From positions 576,001-640,000 of the forward strand of contig CAXXMB010000001.1 in the NCBI GenBank assembly GCA_963668675.2: a DNA stretch of 64,000 bases. Reading direction: 5' to 3'. Below, one piece after another: positions 29,329 through 40,356 of this stretch; positions within the stretch are counted from its first letter, which is position 1; every line of letters starts with the position of its first letter. Origin of the DNA: an uncultured Desulfatitalea sp. (GTDB lineage: Bacteria; Desulfobacterota; Desulfobacteria; Desulfobacterales; Desulfosarcinaceae). The translations under genes were made by a program, and so were the position numbers. Under the pieces are notes generated by a model. The model saw only the letters and a program-made list of their open reading frames with translations. It was not told the origin of the DNA and did no database searches.

Positions 29329-31158
29329 ATGCCGATGGAAAAGTACTCCAAAAATGTTTTTAAGTCCGATCTCGTATGCAAAATACTCATTCAGCATAAA
29401 TTGCTGGCCACGAGTCGTGCAAAGGAGATATTGCGTAAAAGGGATACGCTTTTCAAAAGGTTGGAGGAGCTTAAGGCCCAAAAATACGAGCAGTCGGAAA
29501 CGAAAGAGCTGATCAACAACCCCATTACCATTGTCGATGTCATCGCATCACTAAAACTGAACCGTTTGGACAACCCGGGTCTGCCACTGGATGAAGAGAC
29601 TATTTTTGAAACCCTGGCCAGGTACTGGAATGTGCCGTTTTTCAAGATCGATCCATTGGAATTGGATCTGAACGTGGTCACTACGACGATTCCGCGCTCT
29701 TTTGCGATGAAACATCTTGTTTTGCCGGTAGGTATTCAGGATGGTGTGCTCACCGTGGCCATGCCCGACCCTTTCAATTTGGAGGTGTTGGATAATATGG
29801 CCATGGCCAGCAAATTGAAGGTCCGCCCGGTGGTGAGCCCTAAATCCGATATCATCAAGTTGATCAACGAGTTTTTCGGTTTCAAAAGATCGATCGTCGC
29901 TGCAGAGGATCAATTCGGCGGTCCGAGTGTCGATTTGGGCAATTTAGAGCAATACGTCCGCTTGCGATCAGCGGATGAGCTGCCATCCAATGACCAACAT
30001 ATCGTCAATGCTGTCAACCATCTCTTTATCTATGCATTTGATCAGAAGGCCAGCGACATCCATATCGAGCCCAAACGCGAAGTGAGCCTCGTACGCATGC
30101 GCATCGACGGCGTGCTGCACACTACTTATAAACTGCCCAAGGCTGTTCACTCAGCCATTATCAGCCGTATTAAGAACTTGGCGCGTATGGATATGGCGGA
30201 GAAGCGGCGCCCCCAGGATGGCCGTATTAAAACAGATAAAGGCGACGTCGAGGTTGAGATTCGTGTCTCCACCATACCCGTCGCATTTGGGGAGAAGGTT
30301 GTCATGCGCATCATGGATCCCGATATCCTCTTTCGGGATCTCGAACAATTGGGATTTTCTGCCGTCGATCTAGAGCGGTATAATGATCTGATCACCTTGC
30401 CGCACGGAATTTTGCTGGTGTGCGGGCCAACGGGAAGTGGTAAATCAACCACGCTTTACTCCACTCTGAGCAAAATCAACAGTCCGGGAATCAATATCAC
30501 CACTGTCGAAGAGCCGATTGAGATGGTCCACGAAAGCTTCAACCAGATCGCCGTTCAAAATCAGATCGGAATCACCTTCGGCTCAGTCCTGCGTAACATT
30601 TTGAGACAGGATCCGGATGTGATCATGATCGGTGAGATGCGGGATCTGGAAACGGCTGAGAATGCGATCCAATCCGCTTTGACAGGGCATCTGGTCTTTT
30701 CTACGCTGCACACCAACGACGCACCGTCGGCTATCATGCGGCTGCTTGAGTTGGGAGTGCCCAGTTTTCTGGTCCAGGCCACTCTTTCCGGTGTTCTGGC
30801 ACAGCGGCTGGTTCGTAAAATCTGTAACTACTGCAAAGAACCTTTTCAGATGTCAGCCGATAAGCTGCGATCCATGGGGCTGGATGTGAATCGAGAGGGC
30901 GTCTTGGAGCTTTCGAGGGGGAGGGGATGTGAAAAGTGCCGTGGTACCGGATACATGGGGAGGACCTGCATCCTGGAATTGATGCCCTTTTCAGAATCCA
31001 TTCGACACCTGACCAGTGCAGAGGCAGATATAGATGCAATTAGAGCAAAGGCCCGCGAGGAGGGGATGCGCACGCTGAGAGAGTGTGCGGTGGAAAAATT
31101 TCTACAGGGTGTCACCACTTATCAAGAGGTGCTGCGGGTCACATGGGAGCAGCAATAG
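29329..31158 (+). CDS. GspE/PilB-family secretion/pilus assembly ATPase
   Basis: ASDIHIEP, RPQDGRI, Walker A GPTGSGKST, LRQDPDVIMIGEMRD, GHLVFSTLHTND, tetracysteine CNYC...CEKC. Confidence 0.93.
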   Translation: MPMEKYSKNVFKSDLVCKILIQHKLLATSRAKEILRKRDTLFKRLEELKAQKYEQSETKELINNPITIVDVIASLKLNRLDNPGLPLDEETIFETLARYWNVPFFKIDPLELDLNVVTTTIPRSFAMKHLVLPVGIQDGVLTVAMPDPFNLEVLDNMAMASKLKVRPVVSPKSDIIKLINEFFGFKRSIVAAEDQFGGPSVDLGNLEQYVRLRSADELPSNDQHIVNAVNHLFIYAFDQKASDIHIEPKREVSLVRMRIDGVLHTTYKLPKAVHSAIISRIKNLARMDMAEKRRPQDGRIKTDKGDVEVEIRVSTIPVAFGEKVVMRIMDPDILFRDLEQLGFSAVDLERYNDLITLPHGILLVCGPTGSGKSTTLYSTLSKINSPGINITTVEEPIEMVHESFNQIAVQNQIGITFGSVLRNILRQDPDVIMIGEMRDLETAENAIQSALTGHLVFSTLHTNDAPSAIMRLLELGVPSFLVQATLSGVLAQRLVRKICNYCKEPFQMSADKLRSMGLDVNREGVLELSRGRGCEKCRGTGYMGRTCILELMPFSESIRHLTSAEADIDAIRAKAREEGMRTLRECAVEKFLQGVTTYQEVLRVTWEQQ

Positions 31159-31210
31159 CGAAGGGGTGCCAGGAAATTGCACGTGGGCTCAAAGGTCCTT
31201 TAAAGTAAAT

Positions 31211-31250
31211 AAAAAGCGACAATCGGAGCAGTTTCCGATTGTCGCTTTCT
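31211..31250. terminator. Bidirectional intrinsic terminator
   Basis: AAAGCGACAATCGGA/TCCGATTGTCGCTTT stem between convergent genes. Confidence 0.85.
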
Positions 31251-31276
31251 TAATCAGGTAAAATTATCACACCCGA

Positions 31277-32353
31277 TTAAGGGGTGTGAAATGGCTGTCC
31301 AGGTGAGATTTTTCGGCTGCTGCTCGTGATCACCACTGTCGATGTCGTTTTTTCGGTGTGCAGGACGAGCAGGGAGCCTATGGTTACAGGCGCCAACGGA
31401 ATCTTGGCTCCACCGGAACCGCCCCGTCCATATTCCTGGTAGTAGATATTATAGATTTGTCCGGGCACTATCTGGTCATCTGTTCCTTTATCAATGAAGG
31501 CAGTAAAAAGGTCTCCAAGCATTTTTGTGTGCTCTTCACCAACGAGAACATGACCTTCGATTCCGGGGGCACTCTCCACCACGGACAGGATGGGATTGCG
31601 GGGCTCGTAGCGCATCACAAGATCACCGACTTGAATCTTGCGGAACGAATCCATTACCTTGGCAATCGCATAATCGTTATTGACCGTCATGATTTCGACA
31701 ATGCCCAGTATATAGTGTTGGGCCCCGAAGCTCCTGGCTTCCCCGGGATATAAATTTCTGTAAACTGTCATTCGCAAACCCGGTGCAAACGACTCGGTTC
31801 TTCCGCTGTCCGGATACTTGATATAGATTTGATCATCTTTACTGATCAATTTTTTATTGTCCAGGCTTTTAAAAATTTCACCCATGGGTACGACAGAGGG
31901 ATCTCGGATGAAACCAACGCGGTCTATTTTAGAATAGAGAAAGTCGATTTGAGGTTCCAACTCCTCCTCGGGTGTCGTGGCCTCTACCTTTGGCGCGGTC
32001 TGGGGAATCTCCTTTTTTACGGGAACTTGATACCGGTGTTTGTCAGATTTGCGAAACAACCTGATGCGCTCACCCGGATAGATCCAGTGGGGGTTGGGGA
32101 TTTGGGTGTTCTCTCGCCATAAGTCGGGCCACTGCCACGGCGTGTCGCTGAAACGCTGGGAGAGGTCCCAAAGGGTATCACCCTTTTTTACCGTGTAATA
32201 GAAACCCGCTTGATACTCTACCTCTGCTTTTTGATTAGCCTGCTCGGCAACTGATGTCTGGGCGCCCAGCACGATCGCCAAACAAGCGCTCAGCAACAGC
32301 ACCGAAGCAAATTTGCAGTATCTTATGTTGATTTTCATCGGCAAGATCCCCAT
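31277..32353 (-). CDS. Secreted LysM-domain protein, TsaP-like (T4P secretin-associated)
   Basis: Signal peptide; YTVKKGDTLWDLSQRF...PWQWPDLW...NPHWIYPG; start may be 32338. Confidence 0.8.
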   Translation of the reverse strand: MGILPMKINIRYCKFASVLLLSACLAIVLGAQTSVAEQANQKAEVEYQAGFYYTVKKGDTLWDLSQRFSDTPWQWPDLWRENTQIPNPHWIYPGERIRLFRKSDKHRYQVPVKKEIPQTAPKVEATTPEEELEPQIDFLYSKIDRVGFIRDPSVVPMGEIFKSLDNKKLISKDDQIYIKYPDSGRTESFAPGLRMTVYRNLYPGEARSFGAQHYILGIVEIMTVNNDYAIAKVMDSFRKIQVGDLVMRYEPRNPILSVVESAPGIEGHVLVGEEHTKMLGDLFTAFIDKGTDDQIVPGQIYNIYYQEYGRGGSGGAKIPLAPVTIGSLLVLHTEKTTSTVVITSSSRKISPGQPFHTP

Positions 32354-32513
32354 TCGTTTTCGGTTTTGACCTGATACACATAACTTTTTTATTGATTTCA
32401 GTAACCTGGTTAGTGGGTTTTTGTCAAGTTTTCTATCGTTTTAGCCCAATTTTGTGAAGTCAGGAATCTCTCCACTACCAAAAGAAAAGGTAAATGTTGC
32501 GCTCATAGTCCAT

Positions 32514-32546
32514 AAAAAAACCTCCGTGCTTACACGGAGGTTTTTT
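32514..32546 (-). terminator. groEL terminator
   Basis: A7-CCTCCGTG-CTTA-CACGGAGG-T6. Confidence 0.9.
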
Positions 32547-32570
32547 AATTTTAAAAAAGAGGGGAAAGGG

Positions 32571-34247
<1,677 letters not shown>

Positions 34248-34254
34248 TCATTTC

Positions 34255-34542
34255 TTAGCTAAGAACGCCCAATACGTCTTCTTCACGCATAATGAGATAC
34301 TCTGTGCCGTCGATTTTTACTTCGGTTCCAGCGTATTTTCCAAAGAGGATACGGTCGCCGTTTTTGATCTCCAAAGGCACCCGCTTTCCGTCATCACTCA
34401 ATTTGCCGTTGCCCACAGCTACCACCTTACCCTCAGCTGGCTTCTCTTTCGCGGTATCCGGAATGATGATTCCGCCCTTTGTGGTGGTTTCTTCCTCTAC
34501 CCGTTGCACGAGAATGCGGTCCTGTAATGGTCTGAGTTTCAT
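34255..34542 (-). CDS. groS: Co-chaperonin GroES
   Basis: [12 protein letters not shown]...[15 protein letters not shown]. Confidence 0.99.
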   Translation of the reverse strand: MKLRPLQDRILVQRVEEETTTKGGIIIPDTAKEKPAEGKVVAVGNGKLSDDGKRVPLEIKNGDRILFGKYAGTEVKIDGTEYLIMREEDVLGVLS

Positions 34543-34829
34543 CTTTCATCGTCTCCTTTTGATTCTATTTTATTTCAAAAAAGGGGCTACTGTTCAAAGC
34601 CCATTTAGGTCGACTCGATTGTTCTAAGGCATTTGTCCGTTTTCGAGCTTTCGTCTCACCCCCCCTCGCGCATTTCAAAGATGAATCGTCTGCAAATGCG
34701 ATGAACCGGGAAATTCTATACAACCATCATAGCAATTTACAAACACTATTGGGCTTATCAATGAGTTAGCAAGTTCACCGTTTTTATTATGAACCGGAAT
34801 GCATCGACAGAACTTCAGCCTAACATGGT

Positions 34830-35099
34830 TTAATCAGCTTTGCTTTTCTCGGTTGAATTGGATTCGCCGGATTTGGCGGCTTTGGGGGAGTCGTTGCTTT
34901 TGCTCTCTTGGCCTTGGGACTTTCCCGCATAATCGGTAACGTACCATCCGGTGCCTTTGAGATGGAATGCACTATGAGAAATCAGTTTGTGCAATTTGCC
35001 GGCACAGTGATTGCATTTGGTCAGCGGCTTTTCAGAAATTTTTTGCATGACCTCGTCAATTCGACCGCACTGCTCACATTGGTACTCATAGATGGGCAT
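34830..35099 (-). CDS. FmdB-family zinc-ribbon protein
   Basis: MPIYEYQCEQCG...CNHC...FHLKGTGWYVTDY; SD upstream. Confidence 0.9.
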   Translation of the reverse strand: MPIYEYQCEQCGRIDEVMQKISEKPLTKCNHCAGKLHKLISHSAFHLKGTGWYVTDYAGKSQGQESKSNDSPKAAKSGESNSTEKSKAD

Positions 35100-35235
35100 T
35101 TCCTCTCCAACCTCCCTAATCGCATGAATTTGTCTGGCATGCTGTAAATGCGTGTTCAAGCCTATGTTTTCATCGCCGATTGAAAACGCTTACCTTCTGA
35201 CGGGTTATGTATCATCGGACGAAAAAATCTGGTCA

Positions 35236-35263
35236 AATATAGTGTGTGAATTTGAGTTGTCAA
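35236..35263 (-). promoter_or_regulatory. Putative promoter upstream of the zinc-ribbon gene
   Basis: Minus strand TTGACA-16 nt-TATATT. Confidence 0.45.
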
Positions 35264-35335
35264 GACGTTTGCTGATATAAAATTCAGGGTCATACAGGCG
35301 TCGGGGGCAATCGATGATAGAACCTGCCGTCCCTG

Positions 35336-35884
35336 CTACGGATGGTTCAACTTCTCAAGCGGCGGACTCCATTGGTTGTAATATTCGATGACCTGCTCGA
35401 GGCCTTCCTGCCTCACACCGCTTAATATTTGGCGCGTGATTTCGTGAACGCGGTACTCTTCGGCCAGCTTTTCGTTAGGGCTGGCATCGAAATTTTGCAA
35501 AAATTTACTGAATCGCACGATATGCACCAACTCGTGGACAATGATGTAGAGACAAAATGGCAACAGGTTCAGAACAGGAATCCGCTCTATTGTATCGGTT
35601 ATGGCATGGTCTTGGAGGCATATCTTGTAAAAATCATAGACTTCGGATCCGAGTGTCGAGCCCTTTCGTTGACCTTCATATCGGATGACCTGTGCGAAAG
35701 GACCCTCTACAATTTCGGAAGGGGTCAAATCTGCGAGCGTTTTTACATCATACTTGGGGCGCAGCCATTGACTGGCTGACATTTTGTAATGATTGCTAAC
35801 CAACTCCTCGGCCATGGTGACCGCCTGATTGATATGGCGGATCTGGTCTGCGTTGAACGGCTTCTTGAGATTCATTTGCCCCAT
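35336..35884 (-). CDS. Hypothetical protein with HExxH zincin motif
   Basis: IIVHELVHIVRF, with a downstream EE as possible third ligand; start uncertain. Confidence 0.7.
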   Translation of the reverse strand: MGQMNLKKPFNADQIRHINQAVTMAEELVSNHYKMSASQWLRPKYDVKTLADLTPSEIVEGPFAQVIRYEGQRKGSTLGSEVYDFYKICLQDHAITDTIERIPVLNLLPFCLYIIVHELVHIVRFSKFLQNFDASPNEKLAEEYRVHEITRQILSGVRQEGLEQVIEYYNQWSPPLEKLNHP

Positions 35885-36127
35885 GTTGCGCCAATAACAT
35901 ACAAGGTTAACAATATCAATAGGGTAAGTGTTCGGCCGGCGTGTGCTTCGGTTTGGGGTTGGGTGTCTGTAAAACACTCAACAGAATTATCGGGACAAGG
36001 GAGGATCGTCGGTAAGGCAGATTGAATACCAAAGGAATCCAATAGGACCGGGCACAAAAAGCTGTGGACAAGGCGTGTGTGTGAGTGTTATAAGGGCCGG
36101 CTATATCGTAAGAGAGGAGGTGATCCA

Positions 36128-36226
36128 TTGGGCAGCGTTATCAAAAAGCGCAGAAAAAAGATGAGAAAGCATAAACATCGCAAGCTGTTGGCTCGCACCC
36201 GACACCAGCGTAGAAAGGGCAAATAA
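36128..36226 (+). CDS. 32-aa basic protein, AURKAIP1/COX24 family (bS22/mS38-like ribosomal protein)
   Basis: TTG start after perfect SD AGGAGGTGA; MGSVIKKRRKKMRKHKHRKLLARTRHQRRKGK; followed by a terminator. Confidence 0.92.
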   Translation: MGSVIKKRRKKMRKHKHRKLLARTRHQRRKGK

Positions 36227-36260
36227 TGTTTGGTGTATACGCGCATAACGGCAGGCAATA

Positions 36261-36305
36261 GAAAAGCACCGCTGAAAGGGTTCAAAATCTCAACGGTGCT
36301 TTTTC
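36261..36305. terminator. Bidirectional terminator between the small ORF and hflC
   Basis: AAAAGCACCG...CGGTGCTTTT. Confidence 0.8.
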
Positions 36306-36333
36306 ATTTGTGGTTTCATCCTTGGCGTGGCTG

Positions 36334-37314
36334 CTATTTTTTTCCGGTATAACCTTTCAAGAATCTAAAGACCTCCGATTCCGTTGAAAGGACCAGGCTG
36401 CTGTCCTTGCCGAGGGATTCGGTATAGATCTCCAGCGTTTTGACGAAAGAGTAGAATTCCGGGTCGGCGCCAAATGACTCCGCATAGAGCCTCGTCGATT
36501 CACCGTCCGCCTTGCCTTTGATCTCTTGCGCCTTGCGATAGGCTTCAGACTCTATTCTTTTCAGGTCTAGCTCTTTATCACCCAAGATTTTTTGGGCTTC
36601 CCCCTTGCCTTCTGATCTGAATTTTTCGGCAATCTGCTTCCGCTCTGCAATCATGCGGCCGTAGACAGATTTGCGCACCTCTTCTACATAGTCGATGCGC
36701 TTGATTTTTACATCGACTAAATCTATACCGAACTTCTGGAGTTTGTCCTGAGCTTGCCTTAGAATCATACCGTCTATTTTACTTCGTCCAACCGAAATCG
36801 TATAGGTGGTAGCGGACTTCTCCTTCGTCGCATTCACCTGGTCTATGGTGCCGTCTGCCAGAACGGTATCGAATACTTCAAATGTATCCAATTCACGATT
36901 GCTGTTTCGCACCGCCTCGATCAGCCTGTTGGACGTGATGAGGTTGCGTACCGCCGGATCGATAATCTCATTGAGCCGATTGACCGCCAGGCGACTGTCA
37001 GTGCCGATGGTTTTAAAGAACAGCACCGGATCGACGATTTTCCAGCGTGCAAATGTGTCAACCCAAATATAGGTTTTGTCCTTGGTGGGGATTTGGCCTG
37101 GATCACCATCCCACTCCTGCAGATTTTTGGGGTAGAGGATCTTTTTTTCGATCATCGGGATTTTGAACTTGAGTCCAGGCTTCTCGACGATCCGTTCCAC
37201 CCGGCTGAATCTGGTGATGACGACTTGCTCCGTTTCATCTACAGTGTAGGCGCTGGAAAAGACAATAATCAATAAGAGCGCGGCGATGGCGCCGATGATT
37301 ACTTTAACATTCAT
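36334..37314 (-). CDS. hflC: FtsH protease modulator HflC
   Basis: N-terminal TM, SPFH domain, RMIAERKQIAEKFRSEG and DPEFYSF. Confidence 0.95.
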   Translation of the reverse strand: MNVKVIIGAIAALLLIIVFSSAYTVDETEQVVITRFSRVERIVEKPGLKFKIPMIEKKILYPKNLQEWDGDPGQIPTKDKTYIWVDTFARWKIVDPVLFFKTIGTDSRLAVNRLNEIIDPAVRNLITSNRLIEAVRNSNRELDTFEVFDTVLADGTIDQVNATKEKSATTYTISVGRSKIDGMILRQAQDKLQKFGIDLVDVKIKRIDYVEEVRKSVYGRMIAERKQIAEKFRSEGKGEAQKILGDKELDLKRIESEAYRKAQEIKGKADGESTRLYAESFGADPEFYSFVKTLEIYTESLGKDSSLVLSTESEVFRFLKGYTGKK

Positions 37315-38348
37315 TTTTCTATACCTTTAATTTCTCTGCCCAGATTTAAAAGGGGCAGCAAGTTCTTCTGATCGTCATCGACGATATACTTGGGACCTAT
37401 CTTGGGCAGCAGTTCACGAATCGCTTCGAGATAGAGGCGCCTTTTGGTCACATCCTTGGCTTTGGCGTACTCCAGATAGAGTGCCGTGAAGCGCGATGCA
37501 TCACCTTTAGCACTGTTGACGCGGTCCAGGGCGTACCCCTCGCTTGCCTTGATGGTTCGCTCCGCCTCGCCACGCGCCGCCGGGATCGCCTTATTGTAAT
37601 CCTCTTTGGCCTGGTAGATCATTTTCTCTTTTTCTTGAATGGCCTGATTGACTTCGTTGAAAGAGGGCTGCACCGGTGCAGGCACGTTGGTCCGCTTCAG
37701 CTCGACATTTATCACCAGAAGGCCCGTTTCGGCCTTGTCCAACTCCTCCTGGAGGACAGCCTCGGCTTGATTGGCGATCTCCTGGCGCTTGGTGATCACT
37801 TCATTGATACTCCGATCGCCCACCACCAGACGCATGCTGGCTTCGGACAGATCGCGCAACAAACCGCGAACGTCTTTCACCTTGAACAAAAAGTCATATG
37901 GATCTTTAATTCTGTATTGGACGATCCAGGGAACGACGGCAACATTCAAGTCGCCGGTGAGCATCAATGATTCTCCGGCTGCCTCCGAAAGTGACGATGA
38001 GCGTTGGCGCGTATCCGTTCGCCCCGTGCTGAGCCCGAACTCCTCTTTGAAAACTTTTTCCTTGGGGACTTTGCTTACATGCTCGATTCCGAAAGGAAGC
38101 TTGAAATTCAACCCCGGCTGCTCGATGCGGACAAACTCTCCAAAGCGCCTGATGACCCCTACGGCCCCTGTGTCGATGGTGAAGAAACTTGTGTAACCGA
38201 TGGCGAGCACGAGTACGATAAAGACCAGCAGAAGCATGCCGCCTGGTATTTTCATATTCTTGAACTGTTTTATCAGCTCATCCATCTGTGGTGGCGGACC
38301 TGATTTATGCTGTTGCTGTTGATTTAGTTTTTCCCAATCCCAAGCCAT
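37311..38348 (-). CDS. hflK: FtsH protease modulator HflK
   Basis: MAW...GPPPQMDE, MLTGDLN, AIPAARGEA and VTKRRLYLE. Confidence 0.95.
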   Translation of the reverse strand: MAWDWEKLNQQQQHKSGPPPQMDELIKQFKNMKIPGGMLLLVFIVLVLAIGYTSFFTIDTGAVGVIRRFGEFVRIEQPGLNFKLPFGIEHVSKVPKEKVFKEEFGLSTGRTDTRQRSSSLSEAAGESLMLTGDLNVAVVPWIVQYRIKDPYDFLFKVKDVRGLLRDLSEASMRLVVGDRSINEVITKRQEIANQAEAVLQEELDKAETGLLVINVELKRTNVPAPVQPSFNEVNQAIQEKEKMIYQAKEDYNKAIPAARGEAERTIKASEGYALDRVNSAKGDASRFTALYLEYAKAKDVTKRRLYLEAIRELLPKIGPKYIVDDDQKNLLPLLNLGREIKGIEK

Positions 38349-38651
38349 GATCGATACACCTGCACTTTCTTAATGTTAATGGGTGGTTGTATTGACACGT
38401 ACATATTGAATAATCTCAGAGGTACCATCTAATGCCCCGGAAGGCCAAGCAGTGTGTTGCGGTGATGATTGATAGTAATATCAGCCTCTTTTGATGAAGC
38501 CTCAATTTAAAGCGCCCCCATGAGGAAGTCAAGGGAAAACCTTTTTCGATTCCCTTTCCCGCTCTTAACGACCCATTCAAGCGATTGGTTTCACTTGACA
38601 AACACGGACCGCCCGATTTATTGGCCGAATGATGCCGACCATTGTGGCGCT

Positions 38652-38698
38652 CTGTTCAGGCCGTCGCCAAAATCATATCTTGGCGACGGCCTGAACAG
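38652..38698. repeat. Perfect 19-bp inverted repeat in a divergent intergenic region
   Basis: CTGTTCAGGCCGTCGCCAA-9 nt-TTGGCGACGGCCTGAACAG. Confidence 0.9.
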
Positions 38699-38757
38699 TT
38701 GCCGTTTGCTGAACCATTGTAATAAGAAAGAATAAATCAGAGGGAGAGGGTTGGTGT

Positions 38758-39075
38758 ATGAGTGCTTTCCGGCGCAATCGTAAACGTTTTGTCCCCATCG
38801 GCAGTGTGATCGACAAATTGATGCGTCAATACCGGCCCGTAAACGATCGGCAACTCCTTGAAGTATGGGATGTCTGGGAGCAGGCAGTGGGCACCGCCAT
38901 TGCCGCAAATGCACGTCCTGCCGCTTTCAAAGGGGACACGCTATTGATCCACGTGGTCTCATCCACCTGGCTGCATCACATGCGATTTCTTGAAAAGGAA
39001 CTGATAGAAAAGATCAACTTTGCAATGGGGCATCAAGTTGTCCGTTCGGTTAAGCTCAAAGTCGGGGTCTTGTAA
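38758..39075 (+). CDS. DUF721/DciA-family protein
   Basis: WEQAVGTAIAANARP...LLIHVVSSTWLHHM pattern. Confidence 0.85.
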   Translation: MSAFRRNRKRFVPIGSVIDKLMRQYRPVNDRQLLEVWDVWEQAVGTAIAANARPAAFKGDTLLIHVVSSTWLHHMRFLEKELIEKINFAMGHQVVRSVKLKVGVL

Positions 39076-39079
39076 CCCT

Positions 39080-39802
39080 ATGGCCGAGTTTTCCACAGAT
39101 GGCTTCTTCAATGGCCGGCTGAATGTCTCGCAGTCCCTGAACGGCTACCGCTTCTCCATCGACGCCGTCCTGTTGGCTGCTGCCGTTCAACCGGAAGCAG
39201 GTGAAACCGTTCTCGATCTCGGAACGGGGTGCGGTATTATACCTTTAATTCTGGCGATGCGTCATCCGGAGGTCTCAATTACGGGTATCGAGATTCAGGA
39301 CGAACTTGCCATTCTCGCGCAACGAAACATCGAGGACAATCATTTTGAAGGGCGTATCACGGTTCGAAACATGGATCTTAACCTGCTTCCAGATCGAGGC
39401 ACCACCGGGCCTTTTGATTGGGTTGTCAGCAACCCGCCCTATCGATGCCCCCGCACCTTCCGCATAAACCCGGACGAACAGAAGGCCACGGCCAGGTTCG
39501 AACTAAAAATTGATCTGGCGAAACTGCTTCAAGCCTCCGGACGGCTTTTGCGTAGCGGAGGACGTTTTGTCACTGTCTTTACAGCTGAGCGGGCAGTCGA
39601 TCTCTTTGTTCAGATGCGCCAGGCAGAGATTGAACCCCAGTCGATTCAGCCCGTCCAATCATATGCAGGAGAGGTTGCCAAACTTGTATTGGTCAAAGGC
39701 ATCAAGAGAGGGACCACTGGTTTGCGCATTGAACCGGCTTTGGTGGTTCACGAAAGGGGCGGCATCTACAGTGAAAAAGTTCAGGGGATGATGAGGCCTT
39801 GA
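39080..39802 (+). CDS. tRNA1(Val) A37 N6-methyltransferase-like SAM methyltransferase
   Basis: GYRFSIDAVLLA, VLDLGTGCG and VVSNPPY motifs. Confidence 0.85.
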   Translation: MAEFSTDGFFNGRLNVSQSLNGYRFSIDAVLLAAAVQPEAGETVLDLGTGCGIIPLILAMRHPEVSITGIEIQDELAILAQRNIEDNHFEGRITVRNMDLNLLPDRGTTGPFDWVVSNPPYRCPRTFRINPDEQKATARFELKIDLAKLLQASGRLLRSGGRFVTVFTAERAVDLFVQMRQAEIEPQSIQPVQSYAGEVAKLVLVKGIKRGTTGLRIEPALVVHERGGIYSEKVQGMMRP

Positions 39803-39981
39803 AAGCCTTGATAGATGGATTCGAGAGGCCAATCGACAGAATTGCAGGCGCCGGGAGACAGTATATCTAACCCGATCCTTGCAAGATGCCGATCACAGGC
39901 GATAATCGCCTGAGAAACCATTGACACTGTGAAACAAAAAGGATATTGAACCAGACCTGCACGCTGCCTTTTGGGATATCC

Positions 39982-40073
39982 GGAGAGGTTGCCGAGTGGC
40001 TGAAGGCCCCGCTCTCGAAAAGCGGTATCCCGTTTACCCGGGATCGTGGGTTCGAATCCCACCCTCTCCGCCA
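39982..40073 (+). tRNA. tRNA-Ser (anticodon CGA)
   Basis: GGAGAGG acceptor stem; CCGCT-CTCGAAA-AGCGG anticodon arm; long variable arm; GTTCGAATC; 3' CCA. Confidence 0.96.
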
Positions 40074-40135
40074 ACCATTAACGGTGTGATCGAGGAGACC
40101 GATCCGAAACGGCCACGTGTCCCATACCTTGTAAC

Positions 40136-40229
40136 GGAGAGATGTCCGAGCTGGCTGAAGGAGCACGACTGGAAATCGTGTGTGTCGTTTATAGCGGCAC
40201 CGAGGGTTCGAATCCCTCTCTCTCCGCCA
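40136..40229 (+). tRNA. tRNA-Ser (anticodon GGA)
   Basis: CACGA-CTGGAAA-TCGTG anticodon arm; long variable arm; GTTCGAATC; 3' CCA. Confidence 0.96.
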
Positions 40230-40281
40230 TTCCAACTCCCCTATCCGGTATTGTTCCGCCTGTAAAAGCAAAGTGGCCTTA

Positions 40282-40310
40282 TTGCACAGGGTCACCAGGT
40301 GCGCTATAAG
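40282..40310 (+). promoter_or_regulatory. Possible dnaX promoter
   Basis: TTGCAC-17 nt-TATAAG. Confidence 0.35.
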
Positions 40311-40356
40311 AACCTTCGTGGTTGAAACATACTAAGGGGACTTCATAAAATTTACC

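Noticed and set aside
38652..38698. Neisseria-type DNA uptake sequence hairpin
   Set aside because: It does not match GCCGTCTGAA, and I saw no recurrence in the window.
39781..40295. ORFs overlapping the tRNA genes
   Set aside because: Artefactual translations of tRNA-Ser sequences.
40230..40356. SRP RNA (ffs), often found upstream of dnaX
   Set aside because: No CAGG-GGAA-AGCAG domain IV motif or long hairpin present.
39982..40356. Integrated element at tRNA-Ser
   Set aside because: No integrase gene or duplicated tRNA 3' end; the flanks are housekeeping genes.
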